DNA of 50,283 nt from Octopus bimaculoides (taxonomy: Eukaryota). Shown piece by piece: positions 1 through 24,514 of the stretch (its first letter is position 1; the number at the start of each line of letters is the position of its first letter). The stretch is from positions 1,868,018 through 1,918,300 of the forward strand of contig NC_069000.1 in the NCBI RefSeq assembly GCF_001194135.2, given 5' to 3'. The position numbers and the translations under genes were made by a program. The notes below the pieces were generated by a model, which was not told the DNA's origin, made no database searches, and worked only from the letters and a program-made list of their open reading frames with translations.

Positions 1-12913
<12,913 letters not shown>

Positions 12914-13787
12914 ATAGAGCGAGAGAGAGAGAGAGAGAGAAACCCTGGCACATACAATATTGCTCATATATACAACCCCCAGCTAGGAGGTATAACTTGC
13001 AGATTATATAATATATTAATGTTAAAGAAATTGCAACATTTTCATTATTTATGGTTTTTACGGTTTTTTTCCGAACTTACGATGGCACAATCGAAATATA
13101 TTTGTTTATTTCATGCATTTATATCTACGCTTGCTTTAATTTTATTATTCAATATTGCCATGCTCCAGTATGGCTACAGAATCTGCCTGGAAACGATAAG
13201 AGAATTATAGAATCTACCGATATGTCTTTTACGTTTCTTCACTTACAGTTTTTCTAGCGCCACTTTTAATGGTTTGGTGTTACTCTCTTGAAGAATTTTC
13301 CCGGAGATCTAATGAGGTGCTTCGATCTTTTGGCTGATATTTCTTTTAGGTCTTTGCCAATTGAATAATCCAAGTATTCTTTTCTACTCTTGGCACAAGG
13401 CCCGACATTTTTGGGGAGGGAGTCAGTCGATTAGCTCGACCCCAGTATGCAACTGATACTTAATTTATCGATGTAGGAATCCAAGTATTACTTTAGAACT
13501 GTCCTTGTTGTTGTCTGCTATGAATGATACAAAGGATTTCAAGTATGGAAACCGACATATCTGTATTCCCTACTCCACCTTCCACTCGCCTATCGCGACC
13601 GAGTGTACTCACCCAAACACCGACCCACGCATCCGCTCTAATCTCCGGTTCATTTCACTGCATGCACCGCTCTGTAACGTGGGTATACCGCCGCCACCAC
13701 CCCTGTCGTATCTTCACCATCCTCCCACCTCTCCCTTTTCCTCCACTCTGTCTTCACCGTCTTCCTTTTCTATTGGACTTCACTCTA

Positions 13788-13820
13788 TTTCTGAAGAAGA
13801 GCTTTGCTCGAAACGTAAAA
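13788..13820 (+). ncRNA. Minimal hammerhead-like motif at end of a Penelope-like repeat remnant (about 13480-13915)
   Basis: TTT-CTGAAGA-A-GAGC-TTT-GCTC-GAAA-CGTA-AAA; downstream flank homologous to that of the 32886 copy. Confidence 0.6.
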
Positions 13821-14015
13821 CCACTTTTCCTTCCTTCCCTGAGCGTCTGCTAATACTTTACATGTACCACGTCCTCGCCTTGTTGGTGTTTTGTGTGTTT
13901 TTTTTGGGTATTCTTCACTTTTTGGATTTACTATTTTATATATATATATATACTTGTTACACCGTGGAAGTTAGCGAACTGGTTATCTTCTGTTTCTACC
14001 TTTCCTTTTTACGTG

Positions 14016-14059
<44 letters not shown>

Positions 14060-15295
14060 TGGGGTTCAAGGGCCTCAAACTATTTTACGCCTTGCCAAGA
14101 CATCTGGAGTAAGGTTTGATGTTTTAAAGGAACAACTTGATCGCCTGGTATCCAAGGACCCCGATGAATCTATTTCACAGCAAGAAACTCAAAAGAGGGC
14201 AGCTGTATCGAACTCGGTCCTTCACCAAAGCCAGTCACGTAAGGCTGGACATTGAGAAGATAATTACGTTGTCGATGCACCTGCATGACCACATGCTTAG
14301 GGCTGAAACGTATAAAAGAATAAAAGAATATATATAGTAAGCTCTTGTAGTCATATTACACATCTGTGTATTATTATCAAATAAAACTGTTTTTGTTTTT
14401 ACGTCTCTGTGCGTCTTGACTTACGTATTTCAAATGTTCGTTGAAAACAATAAATAATAATACTGTGTTGTAGGGAAAATGATACACCCCTCCCACATGA
14501 CAAAGTGGTATGGTTAAAAGACAAAAAGAAACAGAAAACGGAAAACGAAAACAAAATCTAAAATGTAAAAAGTAAAACGTGATTGCGAAGGAAGCTTTTT
14601 ACCACACAACCACGCCTGTAAATTGTTCATTAATTTTATCCGAATAACAAAGATAGTCTAGACTATCGCTCGTCTAGGCGATATGTAATATTTAATTATG
14701 TCTTTTATTTTATCGATATTTTGTAAAAACATTTTGCGAAGTAATTGACTTCAAAAATAAAAACCGAATAAAATCATATTCAGAAAAAGTTTCAAGGGAA
14801 ATAACTCACAATACAATCAAGGGAATAAATTATGTAACTTCTAATTGAAAACAAGGGAGGTAACTCTATCCTCAATTTGCATGGGAGATAACTCTATCCT
14901 CAATTCGCTGATCCTGGTTCGGAAGAAATTTATTAGACCAACAGACGTCATATTTTTACCAAAAAGTTTTAAATCGCTGTTGTTATCAAGTTAAAAACGG
15001 ACTTTCTTATTCCAGGAAATGAAGAAGTATTCTTGGGAAAAGAATTTTGCGGAGATTTAAGAGGGAAAATTATAAACATTTTCAGTTGCGAGGCTATTTA
15101 AGACGTCCAACTAATCTATAACAATTTAAAATGATTTAATCACAGAATTTATCACTAGGGTACCTTGTTTTCATCGAGAATTCCACAGAAGTTACAAATT
15201 ATTTTTTTCAGTTTTGCGCAGTAAATGGGTTAAGACATGGATGTCTGAACAAAAGAGGTAAAAGCTTCCCTCCGATGTCCACCTTTGGCTTGTAA

Positions 15296-15512
15296 GGCGG
15301 CGAGCTGGCAGAATCGTTAGCAGGTCGGGCAAAGTGCCAAGCGGCATTTCTTCCTATTCTTTAGGTTCTGAGTTCAAATGCTGCCGAGCCAAAATTGCCT
15401 ATCACTCTTTCGGGGTCGTTGAAATAAGTACCAGTTGAGTATTGGGGTCAATCTAATGGACTTACGCCTTGCACCGAACTTGCTGGCCTTGTGCCAAATT
15501 TTGAGACCAATA
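15296..15512 (+). mobile_element. SINE-like family 1 copy (near full length)
   Basis: GGCGGCGAGCTGGCAGAATCGTTAGC...GAAATAAGTACCAGTTGAG...GGCCTTGTGCC. Confidence 0.75.
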
Positions 15513-15529
15513 TGACTAGCTTTTTTAAA

Positions 15530-15691
15530 CAACAGGAGTGACTGTGTGGTAAATAGCTTGCTTATCATCCACATAAGTTCCGAGTTCAGTCCCATTACGT
15601 GGCACCTTGGGCAAGTGTCTTCTACTATAGTCTCAGGCCGACCAAAACCGTGTGAGTGGATTTGGTAGACGGAAACTGAAAGAAGCCCGTC

Positions 15692-15754
<63 letters not shown>

Positions 15755-15975
15755 TGTGTGTCTGTGTTTATGTGTCTGTGTTTGTTCCCCCACCATCGCT
15801 TGACAACCGATGGTGGCGTATCTATGTCACCGTAACTTACCGGTTCGGCAAAAGAGACCGATAGAGTAAGTACTAGGATTACAAAGAATAAGTCCTGGGA
15901 TCGATTTGTTCGACTAAAGGTAGTGCTCCAGCATGGCCGCAGCCAAATGACTCAAACAAATAAAAGAATAAAAGA
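15530..15975 (+). mobile_element. SINE-like family 2 with internal microsatellite and AAAAGAAT tail
   Basis: B-box-like GAGTTCAGTCCC, CCTTGGGCAAGTGTC, GTGAGTGGATTTGGTAGA, internal (TA)n, TTCGGCAAAAGAGACCGATAGA, repeated tail; related copies at 4795-5190 (+), 7135-7330 (-), 17790-17975 (+). Confidence 0.7.
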
Positions 15976-16575
15976 ATAAACGTGTTGAAAACGAATAACA
16001 CAAAGCGTACTGTAAGAGAAAAATAACGTTTTATTTCTTTGTTATATAATGCACAGCTGTATAACATAAGCACAACATCTGACTATTAGCAAGACTTAAC
16101 AAAGTTGGTTGCTCGCATTTGTGCTTAATTGCACAGAAATTTCAGTTATATTAATGGAAGAGTAATCTACTCTGTTATAAAATACATAAGTTTATAATGA
16201 AACATATTTTATTATATTTCAAACAACATTTTTATATGTTTAATACAATATTCAAAACAAATTGACCCATTCAAATCAAACTGCAGAAGTAAACTTCTTA
16301 TCGGGAAAACCGCAATATCATAAAATGAAAAATAAATGGAAGATGTAAACGAGACAGAAACGAGGAAAATAGCTGGGGATTGTGGACAGTGCAGAAGCAA
16401 CTGGTAATTGTGAACCTCAATAAATTTGTTGACTTTTTAAATGTCATATCAGAAATATTCAGTAAATGGTGTCGCTTGGACAAATTTTGACTGAGAGATT
16501 GGTAAATTATACCAACAACTAACTGACTAGAGAAACAGAGCTATTAACAAAGAAGTTATGCATATAACTATATAT

Positions 16576-16664
<89 letters not shown>

Positions 16665-16701
16665 CATATATATATATATATATGTATATGTATGTATATG
16701 T

Positions 16702-18261
16702 TCAAATACTGATGGCATTAGGAACGTTCACAGGGTCCAAGACTTCGTAAGGTATATGTAATGTTTTATTTCTTTTTCTGATTTCTTCCCCAATTTTTTT
16801 CAGGTCTGATTGGAAGCTAAAATAGAAATAGAAAGAGTGAAATAGAATGAGTGAAAAAGAAAGGAAATAGGTCAATCGTAAGCAAATGCACGTGATGACG
16901 ACAATCACTGCAGCGTAGACGTGGTGTATTATAATACTTACTTTGTAATACAACCGACTGCTCTTGGATCATAGATGTAGCGCGTTTCAAAATATCCCAA
17001 AGAATTCGTTCCTTTTGAACTTAGTAAATGTGTCACTGATAACACATCAAGGATTTGTTCTTTTTCAAGCAGAGCATCAATGATATCTTTCTCTGTTTTA
17101 GGTTCCTAAAACGTAAAATAGTGAAACATTAAAATATAAATAACCGGTAAAAATAGGTAATGAAAACGAATTCATCTGGGTAAAGACACCAGAGTCGTTG
17201 AGGCTTTTGGTCTGATCTCGACGCATGTAAGCCGAATCACATTACACGCTTTCTTACTTAATCACATCACATTATCAAATTATCTCATAGTTTCACATAT
17301 TCTAATTTCATATATTATCGTCAATTGTTATACAGAGTACTTTATCATATATTATTATACGCTACAATATATTATCACGTATTCCAATACAAGATACTAG
17401 CATACATTAACACGTATTCCAATACAAGATACTAGCATACATTAACACGTATTCCAATGTAAGATACTAGCATACATTAACACGTAATAACACATTTCCT
17501 TTAACCAAAAAATAAACTTACTTTGTCTTTTAACAGCGGTGTCCTTAGCATCGACGGGTAGTTTGCAGGGAAACCATATTCTTCATACTGCAGGAAATTG
17601 ACGGCGGCATGCGTCACGCTGCAGGTGAAGATAGTTACGGCTAGAATCCATTTTAATTCTTCCTTTGAAGACACGTGACCATTACCATCTTTCATTGGTA
17701 AACCCTTTGAAAGATAATAGAAAATATTTCTTATTCAACTACTTTGTATGAAACCAACAGATTTAGGAAACTTCTGTGTGTGTGTGTGTGTGTGTGTGTG
17801 TTTGTCCCCACTTCATTTGATAAACGGTGTTGGCTTGTTTAGATCCTCGTAAACAAGCAGTTCATAAAAAAAGACCAACAGAAGCGGCATCAGATTAAAA
17901 GCAAATACTGCAGTCGATTTGTTCGACGACACTCTGCTCCAGCATAGCCGCAGTTCAGAGACTGAAACAAGTAAACAATTAAACCAAGTGAGTTTTTCTA
18001 GTTGTTCCTAGTAAAACACGATACAGCAAGATTAGTAACACACTTTCGCCGACGACGGTATTTAGGCTTTGCCAAGTTTTTATGTTCTCCTGGGTGTTTA
18101 AAATAAAGACCACCATTTGATATTTGTTTAGACATTAAGAGAAGATGGAGGAAAAGTGTATCAGATGTCTGTTTAGATGTTAGTGCTGAAAGCGTTTAAA
18201 TCTATGGAGTCTGAGGAATGTGGGAGATATACAAGACAGAGATAGATAGAGACATACAGAA

Positions 18262-18292
<31 letters not shown>

Positions 18293-20980
18293 TGTATGTA
18301 TGTATGTATGTATGTACGTATGTATGTATGTATGTACGTATGTATGTACGTATGTATGTATATAGTTATCTAGCTAACTAGCAAGCGAGCTAGCTAGCTT
18401 GATAGATAGGAGACAGAGAGAGTGTTACATAGTGCATCCAGTAAATTAATTAAACTTTTAGACATTGCAACAATCCAGTCGGCGTTGCAATCTCTTTACT
18501 GCAAGTATTGCGCATGGATGACTATGTCCTGTCTCATAATAGTCACATCATGCTACATAAGTCTCCAATTTTATTTACACACGCTATAGGAATATATATT
18601 TAATGCGCTTGGCGATCAGTCGCAAAGTGAGCAGCGAAGGATCTGGAAGTACAACGATTTTGTGTGCAGTTGTGTCTCAGACAAGGAAGCACTTTTACAG
18701 AAATATTTCTAATGCTACAACTGACCTAAGGGGAGGGTTGATTGAATCACTTGGTTTTGGTAATGGAAGACTGAGGACCATAGATGAAATGAAAACCATT
18801 GATTGTGGAATCTAGAAGATATCGGCTAAAATACAAGAACAACAACAACAGTCTTCAATAATTATTAATATCAAATACCTGTAAGCCACCATCTTCGTGT
18901 GATACGGCCATACTTTTTATCCAGTCTTGTATCTCCCAGTCATCACTAATATCGTTTTCATTAACTGAAATTATAATTAACAAAAAAGACCAAAAAATCA
19001 ACTGTAGAAAGGATGAAAAGTAAAGTCAACGGAATTTGAACTCAAATATAAATACGGACGAAATGGTGTTAAGAATTTTGGCCGGTGTGCTGACGAGTCT
19101 GCCAGTCTGCTCCATAACGATATAACGAACATAGACTCGAACAAAGACACAGCCATATTCAATAAGATTATCACTGACACACATGTGTGGGCGAGTGTGT
19201 GCGTGTTTATAGCTTGAGTTTGTGCATATTATCTCTCTACTTAATTCCACTGACATAATATTACTAAATATCTCCAATCATTCTGTTTTGTCGAACGGTT
19301 TTGATTCTTCCTCACTTGCCCATTTCTCTTTAATGTAACATAATATATAAAAAAGATAACCAAATCGATATAATTACCATAGTAGATATCTATATAGCTG
19401 GATACATACTTATATATTGAGTTGTACAATGCAAGCGAATCATCTCTGAAGTAGTATTTGGGTAAAACATTCGGGTCATCAACCTGAAATCAGAGACCAA
19501 GGGTAATATTTACGCGGGCAAATTGAAACGTATCACAAAAAATAACAGTGCCAATAGAACCGGTCGATAGCAATGGAAGCGGTGTTTTAATCTACATCTA
19601 AAGCTATGTTCATAGGTAAGATTTGGTTGTGAGAAATTCGTTATCAGTAGAGATCCAAATAATTAATTACAGTATAAATTGCATGAATATTTACAAACAT
19701 ATACAAACATATACAGAACAGCTCCATGGTTGCTCGCCTTGCTAGAAGCAGCAACCCACTACTTCCAGATATACATCGTTTGTTCATAAAAATAGGATTA
19801 GTTGATGAGTACAGCTTATTTGATGTAGCGCTCTAGTTTTGAAAATGAAACACCATGGATAAAGGATAGGAAAAGGCAATCACTGTAACATGTCTGATTA
19901 AAGATCTGCGTGATAGGGGTTGCTTTGATTTAAACACCAAAACATCAAAAGCTCGATGTGATGAGAGGTACAAAAACCATACAAGGACGCATTCGATGGA
20001 CTTTTAGATTCTTCTCATTAGAATGAATAATTACGGCAAGAATACCGTGGGCCTCCCCACTCTATAAAGGTTAACCTGAGTCTAAAGAAACAAAATAAAC
20101 AACACGAAAATTACTTACTTTTCGGTTTGCGAAATCATTAGCAGGAATTCCATCTCGATAAAAATCCCATCGTTGTACGCTTAAAAAAGAAAAATACAGA
20201 TATTACCATTATTTAAAAGCAAAAACTGTTTCTGTGATATTTTTGAAATTGTGTGTATATATATATATATATATATATGTAGAATATTGCATTTGCGTAG
20301 GCTATCTACAAAATAATTTAACAAACCAAAAAAGTAGTTCACGTACAGTAAATTGTACTTGAGCTCAGATCGATGCACAGTGCATTATTCAGACGATGTC
20401 TTGAAGATATCTTACCTTTTGTGAAACAGCTCAACCAATCCACCTGATTCTATTGTCATTGTTTTGTCGACCCAACCTCCGGGTGATGCAAGTCTTTCAA
20501 ATGCAAGTCTATAAACAGATTAAGCAAATTCAAAATGCTTTGTGGATAAATAGAAGTATTTACACATAGACACATATAAACAGATGTAGTTTACACATCT
20601 CATTCGTTATTTTTATTAACATGTTCCTAATTTGAAATCCGTAGACACTCTACGGCTTCATCGATGTTGTACACTCCACAATTAGACATAACAGAATCCA
20701 TTTCGAGATATTTGTTCTGTGTCTCTTGAAATACTTTCACGAAATTTCTATCTCTCTCTTTCTCTCGTTCTACCATTCTCGGCACTCGCCATGATAGATC
20801 GCTAACCACTAAACCTTTTTTTTTGTTTTCTCTCTCTGCTTAATTCTGTGTTCCTTTCTGTCGAAGAGCGTAGGCTCGAAACGTAAAAGACTTTCTCACT
20901 TCTCGAGCGTTAAAGTAATACATCTGTTTATTGTTCACACACCCGTCTTCGTCTTTTGATTTTTTTTGTAAATTCTCACC

Positions 20981-21071
<91 letters not shown>

Positions 21072-22546
21072 GATAAAGATATAGATATAGATATATGTAT
21101 GTATGTGTATGTGCGTAAGTATGTGTGTGTGTGTGCGTGCGTTATATATATACACACACACAAAGTTTGTGTTTGTATCTGTGTATATCCTTCTGCACTT
21201 CATATTCTTTCGAATGTATCCATTTCCGGTTCTCCTCTGCCGCGACAATGCTCAATCTGGTTTTTATTATACATTTACATACCTCTTGAAAGGCTTTTAG
21301 AAACCTTTTATTAAACTTATGTATATGAATATACACTCGCGTAACAGGCGTTAAACGTATACTTGAGTTACAGGAGTCACACTTACATAACAGGAGTTAC
21401 ATTTTCATAAAAAAATATACACTGTACAACAGGAGTTAACCTTATCTAAAATGTATACTTGAAAAGAACGGCTCACTTTTTGTTGCTGAAGAAATCAAAA
21501 CTAAAAATTATAGAAGCTGTCTCTTGCTATTTCAAAGACAAAAGAAAAAAATAAATAAATAAAAGGAACTTACTTGTTGATGGCCAAAAGGAAAAGAGTG
21601 TGAGGAGCCAAAAGCTTGTAGACTGGATGTGACACAGACATATTCCTGTGCAGTGCAAGAACAACCACTTCCATCAGTAAATGAGTTAAACCTACAATAA
21701 ATAAATATATATATATCTTTATATGATTGAATGTGTGCATATATATATATATATATATACTGAGTATTCTTGAAATAAATTATAATGTATCTCTAATCTT
21801 CGAGTTCACAGAAATTTCGAATTCTAGACTTTATACATCGCTCAGTTTGATATCTTCCGGTTTTCTTATTCTTTTATTTATTAGACCTCATCACAATTCT
21901 TCCAAAATGGACTCAGAACGTAGCAACAGACGAGGCGCTTAGCAGCATTTCATCCGGTGTGCTAACGATTCTGCCAGCTCGTTATGATAATAATAATAAT
22001 GATAATGATAATAATACCTAGGTGCATAACAGATTGATGGTAACTGGAATCAGCCAGATTAAACCACATTTTTGCAAGAGTCCAAACGCCCCAGTCATCA
22101 GTAGGAAGGAAGACCTAAATGATAAGAAAAATTGCAATACGTCATTAGTCAATTATATGGACAGCTACAAAAAGCCACGTACACACATTTACATACATTC
22201 GAGCACACACACACATACACGCCATTACTCAGGCTAATCAATAGATATTAATAAGTTAAATTGTAAACACGTTACTCTACATTATGTGGATGTATGTAGA
22301 ACATTTTAAACACAGGCACACGGGATTTTCAGTGATTAAACAAAGTAATTTGAAGCTTCATATCCATATTAAACCTCAAATAATCATCAAATTATAGACA
22401 CGTAACCGTTTACATTATTTACATTATTTACATTTGACGGATATTTGTCCTTATCTTGTTTGTTGTTAACACAACGTTTCGGCTGATATACCCTCCAGCC
22501 TTCATCAGGTGTCTTGGAGAAATTTCGAACCTGGGTTAATTTTCGA

Positions 22547-22609
<63 letters not shown>

Positions 22610-22629
22610 CATCATCATCATCATCATCA

Positions 22630-22719
<90 letters not shown>

Positions 22720-24449
22720 TCACTGGGCATATGGCGTAGTAGTTAAGAGCGCGGGCTACTAACCCCAAGATTTCGAGTTCGATTCCAAGCGTGACCTGAA
22801 TAATACCTGAATAAAAGGGTTTCAATCAAAGAAATTTTAATTCTATTATTCTGTAAAATAATATTTAATTAGTTTAAATGTACACAAATGCATAAAAATA
22901 ATTTTTAATTCCATTAGACATTCTAAAATACTATTAAATTTCATTCAACTTTAAAAAAAGGTAAAATCGGATAGAACTTATGGGATGACCTGATAAAAGA
23001 AAAGAAAAAGGAAATTTTAGTGAAACAAAATTTTTATTGAAATACTTACAGGATTATCTGGTCCCTTCTGTTGTTGCAATTGTATTGCAATTGGTACCAA
23101 ATTGTTTTCCGAATTTAGCATAAATAATGCTATGGGAGCACAAAGCTGAAATATATATATAGATATATACAATGTTTAAGATGTTTATCAGTAAAGTAAA
23201 TGGTGCGTATATAACTGGATATGTCTTCGATTTCATTCCATAGTTAAAAGTTTACAATCGTTGATCATAGTAGTAATATTATAGAGATGAAAGTAAAATG
23301 GATTACATATTCGAAGACAGGCTTTGTTAGTTCTACCACGCCACGGCATTTGGAAGTAATATGATTCTATGTGGTATGAGTAAATGCTAGGTTGTCGTCT
23401 GTAATGCCTCTGGGATAAGAGATGTTTTTCTTTGAAGTTCTCGAGAAAGAATTGAGTGCGTGTGGCAATTTGAAATTATTCGAAATTGTGTCAGGACTAC
23501 TGATTATGTGGAATCCTTTGTGAAACAGAAGTCACTTGACTGATTCGGTCTTAAATATTTATTTATTTCCCTAACACTGCCCATAATTTGTAGTATCTCC
23601 CTTGTTACTCGCTTTCCAGTCATGCTCTGGTGTTTTCTCGGCAGCTTTGACGAAAGAATTTGTTAATGCCGTCGCTATGTTGCTCGTTGTCGCAAGCGAA
23701 GTTCAGGGAATGATCGTATTTTGGACTTACGATGCGTCACGACCCATTGCCCAAAGCCACGCTGACAGGAAGTGTGGAGCAAAAGATCGTCAAATACGTT
23801 TATGTTCTGACACTGTCAAAGAATTGACCGGAAACTGGTGCCTGGCTGATTGTTTGCAGCACACCGGAAAGAACTGGAAACTGTGGGAAGATTCCCACTT
23901 GGACCCAAAGAGGGTGCATGACTGACTGTTTGCATGCAGCACACCGGAAAGAACTGGAAACTGTGGGAAGATTCCCACTTGGACCCAAAGAGGGTGCATG
24001 ACTGATTTAGAGATTATACTCCTTATTCGAATGGAATCTATTGATGTTTTGGTTTGTTTCTTTGAATTAGCGAGGCAGACCGTCATCAATGTAATCATAT
24101 TCCATAGTTTATCAATCATTTCTAACCTGTTCCACATAACACAGAAAACATGAATTGCAGTAACCTGGCAATACTGATAAACTGAGTCAAAATGTAATGC
24201 TGTTTACAACCGTCAGTCTGAAGGAATTAGAAGCAAAGAAATGTATTATTGCCATATGTCAGATTAACCCGATGGAGAAAAACAAACAAAAAAACAAAAC
24301 AAACAAAACCATTATTTTCATTGTTAACGTTTACTCTAAGTTTTCAGTTGTCCCACAGCGGCGGTGTGTCTGCTTTTAGATATGTTTACTTTTTGTGCTT
24401 ACAATAAACGTTTTGTTCTGTTTAAACCAAGCGTAGATGATGGCTAACG

Positions 24450-24514
<65 letters not shown>

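Noticed and set aside
17376-17486. CRISPR-like appearance of 35-bp repeats
   Set aside because: Head-to-tail with no spacers, in a eukaryotic intron.
22509-22762. Poly-Ile/Tyr/Asn/Leu ORFs
   Set aside because: (ATT)n array translated in different frames.
22724-22790. Possible tRNA genes here and at 6471, 39515 and about 44010-44060
   Set aside because: A/B boxes are present but there is no complete cloverleaf or acceptor stem, and the heads continue into repeat bodies; treated as SINE heads.
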